Assembly (NCBI GenBank): GCA_964291395.2
Contig: OZ219856.1
Coordinates: 1,472,001-1,536,000 of the forward strand
DNA length: 64,000 nucleotides
Reading direction: 5' to 3'
Source: Alphaproteobacteria bacterium
GTDB lineage: Bacteria > Pseudomonadota > Alphaproteobacteria > UBA2966
Both the position numbers and the translations under genes were made by a program. How positions within the stretch are numbered: the first letter of the stretch is position 1; every line of letters begins with the position of its first letter. A model generated the notes under the pieces. That model was not told the DNA's origin. It did no database searches and was given only the letters and a program-made list of their open reading frames with translations. Positions 8,889-18,924 of this stretch are shown here, piece after piece.

Positions 8889-11800
8889 TCAGCCCCCTTT
8901 CCGCTCCAGCAAGGCGGCGCGGACCCGGTCGGGCGTGGCCGGCAAGCTGCGAATGCGCACGCCCGTCGCGTCGTCTATGGCGCTCAGGATGGCGGGCGCC
9001 GTCGGGATCAAGGCAGGCTCTCCGATCCCCTTGGCGCCGTACGGACCGAGCGGCTCCTCGTCCTCGACGACGATGCATTCGATGTCGGGCACGTCGCCCA
9101 CGGTTGGAATCAGATAGTCGTGCAGGTTCTCGGTGCGGCCGGGGACGTACTCCTCCATGAGGGCGAACCCGATGCCCTGGGCAATACCGCCGTGGATCTG
9201 ACCTTCCACCTGCGTCGGATTGATCGCCCGGCCCACGTCATGCGCCGCGGCAAATCGCAAAGGACGAACAAGGCCGAGCTCCGTGTCGACATCCACCTCG
9301 ACGATCTGCGCGGCGAATCCGTAGGTCGCATAGGGCTCGCCTTGACCATCGCCGTCGAGCGGGGTCGTCGGCGGATCGAAGGTTCCGCGTCCTCTCAGCA
9401 CGTCGCTACCGTCGATTTCCGGGAGCCGCGACAGATCGACGTGGCGCGCGGCATCTCCGTCGGTCACGATCAGTTCGGCGCCTTTCACCTGAATACGCGC
9501 ATCGGGGCTGGCGTTGGAGAGACGGAGCACTTGCGCCCGCAGGTCCTCGCCGGCGAGGCGCGCCGCGTTGCCCGAGACCAATGCCTGCCGCGAGGCGGAG
9601 GACTTGCCGGCATCCAGCGTCAGATCGGTATCGCCCATCACGTGGTCGAACGCATCCACGGGCACGCCGAGCGCGTCGGCACAGATCTGAACCATGATGG
9701 TAGTGGTGCCCTGACCGATTTCCTGCGCGCCGTTGTAGAGGGTGATCCGGCCGCGCCGATCGATGCCCACTTCCATGATCGAGGGATTGGACATCGAGGT
9801 GTTGCCGATGCCGTACCACATGCATCCGATGCCGACACCGCGTCTGTGGGCGTTGCCGTCCATGTTGAATTCCGCCGCGAGCTCTTTCCAGCCTCGCCAT
9901 CTCGATCGCAGGGCTTCGAGGCACTGAACGAGGCCCACGCTGTGGATCAGCCGCTGTGACGTGGGTGTTTCGTCTCCCGCGCGGATGGCGTTGAGCAGGC
10001 GGAATTCGAGACGGTCCATTCCCAGTTCGTCCGCCAGGGCGTCCATCAGGCCTTCGTGCGCCAACGAAGCCTGGGGCACGCCGAATCCCCGGAAAGCGCC
10101 CGAAGGGGGGCCATTCGTATGAATGGCGCGGGAATGCGCCTCGACGGCCGGAACCGCGTACGGTCCGGAAGCGTGCACCGGCACCCGATCGGCCACCGTG
10201 GGTCCCCAAGAGGCATAGGCGCCCGTGTCGAAATCCCCTTCAAAGCGATAGGCCGTCAGCCTGCCCTCCCGATCGGCGGCCGCCCTAGCCGATATCCGCG
10301 AGGGGTGCCGTTTCGTGGAGGCGGCCATCGACTCGGGCCGCGTATAGACGCAGCGAACGGGCCGCTCCAGATGCCACGCGGCGACCGCCAGGATCGGCTG
10401 CACGGAAACGTCGAGCTTGCCGCCGAACCCGCCGCCGCAGGCCGTGGGCGAGATCCGGATGCGGCCGGGCTCGAAACCCATGACCTGGGCGACCTCGTCC
10501 CGGTCCATGTAGGGAGACTGGGTCGATGCATGAATTTCGATGCGATCGCCCAGGCGCAGCGCACAGCCCGCTTCCGGTTCGATGTAGGCATGCTCGACGT
10601 ACGTCGTTTCCCAGTCGCCGCCGACTTGCACGTGCGCGCGGCCGAGGCCGGCATCGACGTCACCTTTCTTCAATCGTCCACGGGTCAGGACGTTGCCGGG
10701 ACAGCCGGCGTGAAGCTGCGGCGCTTCCTCGGCGAGCGACGAAGCGATGCCGGTGACGGGTGCCAGAGGTCGCCAATCGATGGGGAGGTCTTCGTCGCGG
10801 ACGGACTCGACCGCGCCCCTCTCGCCCACCAGCGCGACGACCGCATCTCCCGGGTACCGAACGACGTCTTTGGCGAGAACCATCTGGTCCTTGATGTCCG
10901 GATAGATCCCGAAGCCATTGTTTCCGGGAATGTCCGCCCACGTCAGGACGCGCTCCAGGCCGGGCGTCCGGTCGACGAGGTCGTCGAAATCTCCGAGCGT
11001 GAAGCCGGCGTGAGCGTAGGGTGACCGGACGATGCGCAACCACAATGCGTTCTCCGGCACACGATCGGCACCGTAGACCGCTTCCCCTCTCAGTTTTTCC
11101 GGAGCGTCGAGGCGCTTGAGCCGCGCGCCGACCGCGGCGCCGGCCGCCGGCTCGGCATCCTCCGGTAACACGGAGTCATTCGCGGCCGTGAGAACGGCGG
11201 CGACGATACTGCGGTATCCGGTGCATCGGCAGAGCACGCCGCCCAGCGCGTCGCAGATCTCCTGCTCCGTGACCAGCTCCCCGTCCTTGCGGGACAGAAG
11301 ATCGCTGGCCGCCATCAGCATGCCGGGCGTGCAGATGCCGCATTGCGCGGCACCCCGGGAATCGAATGCCGACTGAAGACGCGACAACGCGCCGTTTGCC
11401 GCGAGGCCCTCGACGGTAGAGATCCGTCGACCCGCGGCCTGCGCGACCGGCACCATGCACGCGCAGATCTGGCGGCCATCCATCAGGATCGTGCAGGCGC
11501 CGCAGTCTCCGGCATCGCAGCCGACCTTCGTGCCGGTGAGTCCGAGCTCCTCGCGCAACACGTCCGCGAGGCGCGAGACCGGCGGTGCGGAAACCCGAAC
11601 CGTCTCACCGTTCACGACGAACGCAATGGGTGCGGCGGCCGGTGGCGGCAACCGCCTGCCGACCGTGAATCCGGCGGATCGTGCGGCGGCGGGCGGTCCT
11701 CTTTCCCCGAGCTCGGCGAGAGCCCGGCGCACGCAGGTCAGGGCGGCGTCGTGCCGGTAGGCGGCCGTCCCGCGCACGTCGTCGATGGGGGTCAAGGCGC

Positions 11801-12542
11801 GGAAGTGATCCGGCTGCGGGACGTTCGCCAGATCGGCATGCAGGGGCCGGCCGATCAGCATCCGCTCGAGATCCGCAAGCCGTCGGGCGACCTCGGAACA
11901 GGAACCGACGGCGATGCGGGCCGCGGCCACCTTTCCGTCTCCGGTATCCTCGAGGATCACGGAGACCATGACGATCGAAATGACGAGGTAGCGCCGGGCA
12001 CCGAGCTTGATGAACGTCGACCGCGAGGGTCCGGTCGGCTTGGGGATCCGCAGGCCGGTGACGAGCTCACCGGGAGACAGGGCGGTCTGCCGGTTGCCGG
12101 TGATGAATTCGGCCAAGGCGACGCGCCGTTCACCATACGCCGATGCGATCTCGACAACCGCATCCAGCGTCAGGAGCGGCGGGACGCCGTCGGCCGCGGG
12201 CGAGGCGTTGCACACGTTCCCGCAAACCGTGCCGGCATTCTGAACCTGCATGCCCCCCACCTCCCGCGCCGCCAGTTGGAGGCCCCGGAAAGACGGTGGG
12301 AGGTCCGCCGCGATCACGTCGCTCCAGGTCGTCGTCGCACCGATTCGGATATGATCGTCCGCTTCGGCGATGCCCTGAAGCTCGGCGACCGCCGTTATGT
12401 CGAGTATGTCTTCATCGATGCGCCGGCCGACCCGCGCGGGATAAAAGTCGGTTCCGCCCGCCAGGACCGTCCAGTCGCGTGCGCTGAGTGCCTGAAGCGC
12501 GGCATCAAGAGCATTGGGGCGCAAATAGGTCCCCATCGCCAC
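8889..12542 (-). CDS. Single-chain nicotinate dehydrogenase-like molybdenum hydroxylase (FAD domain + 2x[2Fe-2S] domain + Mo domain)
   Basis: FAD domain (LAGGTD, QVQNAGTVCGNVCNASPAAD, DDVRGTAAYR), Fe-S domain (GCDAGDCGAC, QCGICTPG, CRCTGY) and Mo domain (GGGFGGK, AFRGFG, GQIHGG, AKGIGE) in one 1217-aa frame. Confidence 0.88.
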   Translation of the reverse strand: MAMGTYLRPNALDAALQALSARDWTVLAGGTDFYPARVGRRIDEDILDITAVAELQGIAEADDHIRIGATTTWSDVIAADLPPSFRGLQLAAREVGGMQVQNAGTVCGNVCNASPAADGVPPLLTLDAVVEIASAYGERRVALAEFITGNRQTALSPGELVTGLRIPKPTGPSRSTFIKLGARRYLVISIVMVSVILEDTGDGKVAAARIAVGSCSEVARRLADLERMLIGRPLHADLANVPQPDHFRALTPIDDVRGTAAYRHDAALTCVRRALAELGERGPPAAARSAGFTVGRRLPPPAAAPIAFVVNGETVRVSAPPVSRLADVLREELGLTGTKVGCDAGDCGACTILMDGRQICACMVPVAQAAGRRISTVEGLAANGALSRLQSAFDSRGAAQCGICTPGMLMAASDLLSRKDGELVTEQEICDALGGVLCRCTGYRSIVAAVLTAANDSVLPEDAEPAAGAAVGARLKRLDAPEKLRGEAVYGADRVPENALWLRIVRSPYAHAGFTLGDFDDLVDRTPGLERVLTWADIPGNNGFGIYPDIKDQMVLAKDVVRYPGDAVVALVGERGAVESVRDEDLPIDWRPLAPVTGIASSLAEEAPQLHAGCPGNVLTRGRLKKGDVDAGLGRAHVQVGGDWETTYVEHAYIEPEAGCALRLGDRIEIHASTQSPYMDRDEVAQVMGFEPGRIRISPTACGGGFGGKLDVSVQPILAVAAWHLERPVRCVYTRPESMAASTKRHPSRISARAAADREGRLTAYRFEGDFDTGAYASWGPTVADRVPVHASGPYAVPAVEAHSRAIHTNGPPSGAFRGFGVPQASLAHEGLMDALADELGMDRLEFRLLNAIRAGDETPTSQRLIHSVGLVQCLEALRSRWRGWKELAAEFNMDGNAHRRGVGIGCMWYGIGNTSMSNPSIMEVGIDRRGRITLYNGAQEIGQGTTTIMVQICADALGVPVDAFDHVMGDTDLTLDAGKSSASRQALVSGNAARLAGEDLRAQVLRLSNASPDARIQVKGAELIVTDGDAARHVDLSRLPEIDGSDVLRGRGTFDPPTTPLDGDGQGEPYATYGFAAQIVEVDVDTELGLVRPLRFAAAHDVGRAINPTQVEGQIHGGIAQGIGFALMEEYVPGRTENLHDYLIPTVGDVPDIECIVVEDEEPLGPYGAKGIGEPALIPTAPAILSAIDDATGVRIRSLPATPDRVRAALLERKGG

Positions 12543-12560
12543 CCGGCCTCATTACAATCC

Positions 12561-12580
12561 AGTGTTCGTGTACGAACACT
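12561..12580. promoter_or_regulatory. Palindrome with perfect 9-bp arms, candidate operator of the ndh-hnr operon
   Basis: AGTGTTCGT-GT-ACGAACACT, 19-38 nt upstream of the start at 12542; TTGACA on the minus strand at 12602-12607. Confidence 0.7.
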
Positions 12581-12689
12581 AGAAAGGTATCGTGCTCGCG
12601 CTGTCAAGGTCGCTACGCGACTCGCGATTATGTCCTTGGCGGCCAGCGAACGCCCGGCCCGAAGCCTGGTCAGGCTCACCGGCAATAGG

Positions 12690-12993
12690 GCGTTTCAGAT
12701 CTTCATAACCGTTTCGCCACGCGCGACATCAACGATCACATCGGCGCACGTCGTCGCGTCGCCACTTCTCGCCAACAATTCCACCGCCGTTTGTTTCCAT
12801 CTGAAAAGCCGTGATTCGAAACGATCCCATGAACCAATGCGGCCGCCTTCTGATGGATTAACCGGTGGTAGCCGTGATACGGGCGAGCAAGGGCGGAGCG
12901 AATCGATGTTCGCTCACAATCCCCTCAGAACCCCCATGCTGAAGTGCCTCGTCATGGCCCGAACTCCAGGTGACGCGGTAAGCCGTTTACCAT
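12690..12993 (-). pseudogene. doc: Doc/Fic-family toxin pseudogene with multiple frameshifts
   Basis: Minus-strand pieces AHDEALQHGGSEGIVSEH / IRSALARPYHGYH / HQKAAALVHGIVSNHGFSDGNKR / DVIVDVARGE; Fic motif HGFSDGNKR at 12813-12787. Confidence 0.8.
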
Positions 12994-13118
12994 TCGCCAA
13001 CACCCATCGCTTTCCGCCGCTTCACGGACGTCTCCTTGATGATCCTCTCCGAAGTCGGCGTCACAGTGCGCGCTGTGCTGGCTTTGGTCGTCACAGTCTT
13101 GGCGGAATGCTTACTCAT
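12987..13118 (-). pseudogene. Short putative antitoxin partner of doc (43 aa, likely degenerate)
   Basis: MSKHSAKTVTTKASTARTVTPTSERIIKETSVKRRKAM...; its stop overlaps the doc start region, the usual antitoxin-toxin arrangement. Confidence 0.45.
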
Positions 13119-13222
13119 AGACCGTGGCGTTTTCGTTCTTCGTCATCGTAAGACCCTCTGGGACAAGCTATCAGCCCTTTATCCCCCTGCCACGGGGCTC
13201 TCCGCAGCGAACCGAAGCCTGC

Positions 13223-15637
13223 TCAGGCAGGGGCTTCAACCGCTTCGCCGCACGCGTCGCGGACCGCCTTCCAGACCCGCTCCGGCGTCAGCGGCATGTC
13301 GATGTGACGGACGCCGAACTCCGACAGCGCATCCACGACCGCGTTGACCACCGCGGCCGGCGCGCCGATGGTCCCACTCTCGCCAACGCCCTTGGCACCG
13401 AGCGGGTTGTCCGCGCACAAGGTCTCCTGGAACTCGGTCCCGATGGACGGCAGATCGTCCGCCCGTGGCATCGCGTAGTCCATAAACGACCCGGTCAACA
13501 ACTGACCGTCCTCATCGAAGACGCAATGCTCAAGAATGGCCTGGCCAATGCCCTGAGCGACGCCCCCCTGGATCTGGCCCTCGACCACCATGGGGTTGAC
13601 GACGCGTCCGACATCGTCGACCGACCAGTAGTCCCGCAATCCGACGGTACCGTCGGTCGGGTCCACCAGAGCGACACAAAGATGGATTCCGGAAGACGTG
13701 GCACGGCCTGGCGGATCATAGAACGCGGTTTCTTCCAGCCCGGGCTCCAGGTCTTCCGGGTAGTCGTCGAGGCGATAAGCGGCCCGGGCGACATCCGCGA
13801 ACCCGACGCTCAGATTGGTGCCCGCGATCGTATACCGGCCCGACTCGAAGACGACGTCCCCGGCATCGCACTCCATGAGATGCGCGGCGATCTTCAGACC
13901 CTTCCTGATCACCTTGTCGACGGCGTGCGTGACGGCCATCCCGACCGTCAGCAGGGTGCGTGAACCGAACGTTCCGAGGCCGAAGGGGGTACGATCGGTA
14001 TCTCCCTCGACGATCTCGACCGAGCCGATGTCACAGCCCAGCATCTCCGCGACGATCTGCGCGAACGTGGTGGCATGACCCTGGCCATGGGAATGCCCGC
14101 CGCAAAACGCCGTGACCTTGCCGCTCGGATGGACACGCACCGAGGCTGAATCGTATCCGGGCACGCGCCGGCCGGCCTTGGACGAGATTCGGCTCGACGG
14201 CCCGCCCGTCGATTCCACGACGCCCGAGAGTCCGATCCCCATGCGCAATCCGTCATCACGGCCTCTGCACTGCTCCTCCAGCAACCTGCCGTATCCGGCA
14301 ACGTCCTTGAGCATCCGGAGCAAGCCCGGATAGTCACCCGAGTCGTAGTGCCGGCCGATGGCGTTGGTGAAGGGAAACCGGCCGGGAGGGACGACGTTCT
14401 TCGCCCGAAGTTCCAGCGGATCCATCATCAAGTCGCGGGCCGCCGTATCCATCAGCCGTTCCAACGTGAACGCGGCTTCCGGCTGTCCGGCACCGCGATA
14501 GGCATCCACCGGCGTCGTGTTGGAATAGATGCCGCGAACCCGGCAGCGGGCGGTCGGAACATCGTAAAGTCCGGTGACGTGCGGCGGGTAGAAAGCGCCG
14601 GGTATGCCGGCGCCCATCCCGCTGAGATAGGCGCCGACGTTCGCGATCGTGTCGACGTCGAGCGCCAGTATCCTGCCCTCTCCGTCGAAGGCCATGGCGC
14701 ACCGCGTGACATGGTCCCGCGCGTACGTGTCGACGGCGAAGTGATCGGACCGCGTGGCGGTCCAGCGGACGGGCCGCCCGAGCGTCCGGGAGGCCCACAG
14801 GATGGTTGCCTCTTCCGGGTAGTGATAGATCTTCTGGCCGAATCCCCCGCCGACATCCGGGGAGACGATGCGGACCTTGTGCTCCGGCACCTTGAGAGAA
14901 TTGTCGGCGATCCACTGGCGCAGGAGGTGGGGATTCTGGCTCTGCGCCCAAAGGGTGTAGGAGGCGTCGCCCCGGCGGTAGTCGCCGATCAGGGCGCGCG
15001 GTTCCATCGGCGCCGGCGCGATGCGGTTGTTGACTATGTCGAGGCGGGCCACATGAGGGGCCTCTTCCAATACCTTCGCCACGCCGTCGGGATCGCCGAG
15101 ATCGATCTCGAACACCAGATTCGACCCGATCTCCGGATGAACCAGAGGCGCATGGGATTCGACCGCGGCGGCCGTGTCCGCGATGGCGGGCAGCGGTTCG
15201 TAGGTCACATCCAGCGCCTCGGCAGCGTCCCGCGCCTCGGGCAGCGTTTCCGCGACGACGGCGGCGACCGTGTCGCCGACGTGACGGACCTTGTCCAGGG
15301 CCAGCGCGGGCCGGGTGATTTCATTCATGCGCCGCCCGTCCGAGAAGTCGACCCGCCAGAGGCAGGGGAGATCGCCGAAACCTTCTTCTTCCCAGTCCCG
15401 TCCCGTCAGCAGCAGAAGCACACCGGGCATTCCTTCCACGGAGTCCCTGGCGATGTCGACAATCTTCGCGTGGGCGTGAGGGCTTCGGACGAAAACGGCG
15501 TGGGCGGCGTTCGGAAAGCCATTGTCGTCGACATAATTTCCCTGTCCCATGAGGAATCGATGGTCCTCGACGCGCTTCACGGGCCGGCCGATGTACGCGG
15601 GATCATCTCCGATGTTGACTTGGACAGTGTCTGACAA
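13223..15637 (-). CDS. Xanthine dehydrogenase family Mo-binding subunit (form II CoxL-like)
   Basis: [53 protein letters not shown]; TTG start at 15637 after an AAAGGAAA SD. Confidence 0.88.
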   Translation of the reverse strand: MSDTVQVNIGDDPAYIGRPVKRVEDHRFLMGQGNYVDDNGFPNAAHAVFVRSPHAHAKIVDIARDSVEGMPGVLLLLTGRDWEEEGFGDLPCLWRVDFSDGRRMNEITRPALALDKVRHVGDTVAAVVAETLPEARDAAEALDVTYEPLPAIADTAAAVESHAPLVHPEIGSNLVFEIDLGDPDGVAKVLEEAPHVARLDIVNNRIAPAPMEPRALIGDYRRGDASYTLWAQSQNPHLLRQWIADNSLKVPEHKVRIVSPDVGGGFGQKIYHYPEEATILWASRTLGRPVRWTATRSDHFAVDTYARDHVTRCAMAFDGEGRILALDVDTIANVGAYLSGMGAGIPGAFYPPHVTGLYDVPTARCRVRGIYSNTTPVDAYRGAGQPEAAFTLERLMDTAARDLMMDPLELRAKNVVPPGRFPFTNAIGRHYDSGDYPGLLRMLKDVAGYGRLLEEQCRGRDDGLRMGIGLSGVVESTGGPSSRISSKAGRRVPGYDSASVRVHPSGKVTAFCGGHSHGQGHATTFAQIVAEMLGCDIGSVEIVEGDTDRTPFGLGTFGSRTLLTVGMAVTHAVDKVIRKGLKIAAHLMECDAGDVVFESGRYTIAGTNLSVGFADVARAAYRLDDYPEDLEPGLEETAFYDPPGRATSSGIHLCVALVDPTDGTVGLRDYWSVDDVGRVVNPMVVEGQIQGGVAQGIGQAILEHCVFDEDGQLLTGSFMDYAMPRADDLPSIGTEFQETLCADNPLGAKGVGESGTIGAPAAVVNAVVDALSEFGVRHIDMPLTPERVWKAVRDACGEAVEAPA

Positions 15638-15650
15638 CGTCCGTTTCCTT

Positions 15651-17198
15651 TCAGGCCGCCACGGCACCGGCCCCCTCTCCAGTCAGAATGGCCGCCGCCG
15701 CGTCCTCGACCACCGTCCCCTCGAAGAAATTCGGGTTCATCCCACCATGCAACTTCACCGGATTCGTGAACGTGAATTCCCGGAAATCGTCTTCCGAGAT
15801 CAAATCCTTCCCGACCAGTTCGTGGGCTTCTTTCAGGACCTCCTTCATGTCGGGAACATCCCAGTGCCCGATGTCCGAGCCGAGCACCGGTTTGAGCTTG
15901 GTGCCGAAGGGCAGCGCCTTCTCCGAGAAGGCCATGGAGGTCATGGGGTCGTCCGCCTCGCAGCCGAAATAGAACGGCTTCGCGAAGCGGTCGAGGATGT
16001 CCTCGGCCCTGGTGATGCCGGCCGCGGCGAAGTCGTCGAGGAGGGCGAGGTCGGCGTCGCTGGCCTGCCCTTCCATGATCGTCGGATCGATGCTCCAGGC
16101 GGCGTAGCCGAGCGACGCCCGGGCTGCGCCGGGGGAACCTTCCAGACGGCCCTTGAACCTGTCGCCCCCGTACCGGTCGAAGAGGTTGCCCAGCGCGGCG
16201 CGATCGATCGCGGACGGATCGAACAGCGTGACGGCCGCTCCGTTCCGCTTCTCCCAGCAGCTCACGAGGCTTGCCAGAAGATCGCAAGCCCAGCCGACGC
16301 CGCCCTCCAGGATGCCGAAGTTGAGGTCAGGAAAACGACGAGTGACCCCTCCGAAAAACAGGGCCTTGGCGAACGCCTGCCCGGCTTCCGCGAAGTGGCC
16401 GATCTGGTTGTACATGTAGTTGGTCGTGGAGCGCCGGGTTCCGGTGCCCATGGCGAAGGTATGCGCCGTCGGCGCGATGCCCAGCTCCACGCACCTGGAC
16501 CAGAACGGATCGTAGTCGTACTCGCTGTCGAGACCGAGAGAGTCGAGCCAGGAAGCGAAGGCGGACGCCTCCGATCCGGCCGCCGCGGCGACGGGACGAT
16601 GGACGAGACTGGCGATCATGGCGACCTTCAGGCCCAGCTCGTCGACCGCGTACTCCAGCTCCTTAATCGCCTCTTCGGGCGTGTTCGTGGGAATGCAGGC
16701 CGCGGGGGCGATGCGATCCGCGTGGGCACCGAAGATGTCCGCCACCATGGCGTTGTAGGCCCGGCATACCGCGGGCCGGACCTCGTCGTCCGGTTCCGAC
16801 GGAAGGTAGAAACCCAGGGTCGGGTACACGATCGTGAAATCGAACCCGAATTCGTCAAGACGCTCCCTCAACAGCGCGGGCAGCATGGCGGTGGCGCGAT
16901 CCAACGTATGGCGCGTGGGATTGGCGAAAAAAGGCGGCCGCGCGATGCGCCTCCGCCGCCGCTCCTCGGGAGATACGGCGTGCCACGCCGTGTCGTCACT
17001 GGCCTTCAAACGATCCGCGAAACGGGCCGCCATTTCGCTGCCCGCGATGTCCCTTACGAAGTCGAGGAGGACGGGATAGCACTCCAGCATATGGCCATCG
17101 ACATCGATGACCGGATGGTCGAGCGCGACGCGGATGTCTGCCGCGTTCCGCGATGAGGTCATGCCGCCAGCCCTTCCCCTGCGCCCATCAGCGATCAC
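15651..17198 (-). CDS. Amidohydrolase_2 family metal-dependent hydrolase
   Basis: VIDVDGH, YDPFW..C.ELG...T.H, GGVTRRFPDLNFGILEGG, GSDIGHWD; alternative start at 17162. Confidence 0.85.
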   Translation of the reverse strand: MIADGRRGRAGGMTSSRNAADIRVALDHPVIDVDGHMLECYPVLLDFVRDIAGSEMAARFADRLKASDDTAWHAVSPEERRRRRIARPPFFANPTRHTLDRATAMLPALLRERLDEFGFDFTIVYPTLGFYLPSEPDDEVRPAVCRAYNAMVADIFGAHADRIAPAACIPTNTPEEAIKELEYAVDELGLKVAMIASLVHRPVAAAAGSEASAFASWLDSLGLDSEYDYDPFWSRCVELGIAPTAHTFAMGTGTRRSTTNYMYNQIGHFAEAGQAFAKALFFGGVTRRFPDLNFGILEGGVGWACDLLASLVSCWEKRNGAAVTLFDPSAIDRAALGNLFDRYGGDRFKGRLEGSPGAARASLGYAAWSIDPTIMEGQASDADLALLDDFAAAGITRAEDILDRFAKPFYFGCEADDPMTSMAFSEKALPFGTKLKPVLGSDIGHWDVPDMKEVLKEAHELVGKDLISEDDFREFTFTNPVKLHGGMNPNFFEGTVVEDAAAAILTGEGAGAVAA

Positions 17199-17797
17199 GT
17201 GTCGAACGACGCGACCAACGCCGCGAGGCGGTCCCCGGCGCCCGTCAGGATGGATACGCCGTCTCCCACGAGAAGGGTGTCGAAATCGAGGTCCAGCAAC
17301 GCGCGAACGTTTTCCTGCAGGCGCCGGTAATCATCCACCACGCGATCCGGCGGCAGGGCGCACGCGCCGGGCGGGTTGCCGATCACCGTATCGCCGACGA
17401 TCAGAGTTCGTCTCTCCGGCCAGTAGAACGCCACTTCCCCGGGTGATTTGCCGGACGCGTCAATGACCTCCAGCGGGCCGATGGTGTCTCCAATTACCAA
17501 GTCTTCGTCGATCTCGGCTCCCTCGCCTTGCGCGTGCGCGGCGTCATTTCGGTGAATTGCCGTCGGCGCCCTCGTCCTGCCGCGGACCTTGTTCGCGGCA
17601 CGTGAGTGGTTCCGGTTGGTGAGCAGAACGCGGGCGACACCCTCGGCGGCGATCTCCTCAAGCGTCGAATGGTCGAGTTCGGCGGGGTCGATGCACAGGT
17701 TGCCGTCCGAATGTCGAATCAGATGGCCGTTGAAATCATATCCATGAGGTTCCGAAAACCAGGTCCAGGTAAGCACGTCTTCGACGATTTCGCGCAT
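17195..17797 (-). CDS. MBL-fold protein with a degenerate metal motif
   Basis: IDP, VLLTNRNHSR (in place of HxHxDH), GKSPGE, LIVGD, LDFDTLLVGDG. Confidence 0.75.
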   Translation of the reverse strand: MREIVEDVLTWTWFSEPHGYDFNGHLIRHSDGNLCIDPAELDHSTLEEIAAEGVARVLLTNRNHSRAANKVRGRTRAPTAIHRNDAAHAQGEGAEIDEDLVIGDTIGPLEVIDASGKSPGEVAFYWPERRTLIVGDTVIGNPPGACALPPDRVVDDYRRLQENVRALLDLDFDTLLVGDGVSILTGAGDRLAALVASFDT

Positions 17798-17827
17798 GTC
17801 ATCCTCCCATCGCGCAGGCGGTCCGCC

Positions 17828-18262
17828 TCACTTCAACCGATGCAGAAACTCCAGAAAGACCGCTTTCTCCTCCTCGGACAGAGGCGAGAGGGTCTCTCTG
17901 CTGATGCGCTCTCCGACCGGGATGACGCGGTCCACCAACGTTGTCCCTTCCGGCGTCAGGCGCCAAAGAACGCGGCGACGGTTCTCGGGATCCTGTTGGC
18001 GTGCGATGAGGGATCTTTCCTCGAGGCGGGATACCACCCCGTTAATGGTCGCCGGGTCCGTGGCAATCAGGCGCCCCAGATGGTTTTGGGTAACGTTTCC
18101 GAGGTCACGGATTTTGACGAGGGCAGCGTATTGAACGGGAGTCAGGCCGTCTTTCCCGATCAGACCGGTGAAGATTGCACTGGCCCGCTGATGCGCCCGG
18201 CGCAGCAGGTGACCGACCTGCTCCTCGAGGACGTAGTCGTCTTCCGGGACCTTTTTGTTCAC
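17828..18262 (-). CDS. MarR-family regulator, NicR-like
   Basis: Y.LEEQVGHLLRRAHQRASAIF, LTPVQYAAL, QNHLGRLIATDPATINGVVSRL resembles the nicotinate regulator NicR; next to pncA. Confidence 0.85.
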   Translation of the reverse strand: MNKKVPEDDYVLEEQVGHLLRRAHQRASAIFTGLIGKDGLTPVQYAALVKIRDLGNVTQNHLGRLIATDPATINGVVSRLEERSLIARQQDPENRRRVLWRLTPEGTTLVDRVIPVGERISRETLSPLSEEEKAVFLEFLHRLK

Positions 18263-18282
18263 CCCGGTTCTCTGTCCTCGGC

Positions 18283-18924
18283 TCAGCCGGCCAGTTCCCG
18301 ACTATCGATTCGCTCCACCCCCGCATCCGTCATCTGCCGCCAGGCCGCTTCCACGGAACCTTCGAGGTCGATGCCGCGGCAGGCATCGTCGATCACGATG
18401 ATCTCGAATCCTTCCCTGCGGCCATCGAGCGCCGAATAAGCGACGCAGTAGTCCGTCGCCAGCCCCGCCATGAACAATCGTTCGAAACCGCGGTCGCGGA
18501 GGTACCCGGCGAGTCCGGTGGACGTGCTGCGGTCGTTCTCGAACAGGGCGGAATACGAGTCGATAGTCCGTCGATAACCTTTCCGGATCACGAGTTCCGC
18601 CGAATCGACGTTCAGGCCGGCGTGGAATTCCGCCCCGGACGTGCCTTGAACGCAGTGATTCGGCCAAAGGACCTGTGGGCCGTAGTCGACCTGGATTACT
18701 TCGAAAGGATTGCGTCCCTCGTGCATGGAGGCGAACGAGATGTGATCGATCGGATGCCAGTCCTGAGTCAGCAGCACGTGGCGAAACCGCTCCATCAGTC
18801 CATTGATCGGTGCCACGACTTCGTCACCGTTCGGGACCTCCAGTGCACCGCCCGGGCAGAAGTCGTTCTGGACGTCGATGACGACCAGGGCGTCGGTATC
18901 ATGATTGATCGTGGGTGTCGTCAT
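18283..18924 (-). CDS. pncA: Nicotinamidase/pyrazinamidase
   Basis: IDVQNDFCPGGAL, TQDWHP..H.SF, WPNHCVQG, RKG....DSYSA, GLATDYCV. Confidence 0.95.
   Translation of the reverse strand: MTTPTINHDTDALVVIDVQNDFCPGGALEVPNGDEVVAPINGLMERFRHVLLTQDWHPIDHISFASMHEGRNPFEVIQVDYGPQVLWPNHCVQGTSGAEFHAGLNVDSAELVIRKGYRRTIDSYSALFENDRSTSTGLAGYLRDRGFERLFMAGLATDYCVAYSALDGRREGFEIIVIDDACRGIDLEGSVEAAWRQMTDAGVERIDSRELAG

Noticed and set aside
13223-15637. Aerobic CO dehydrogenase
   Set aside because: Lacks the form I AYXCSFR motif; has AYRGAG and no cox accessory genes.
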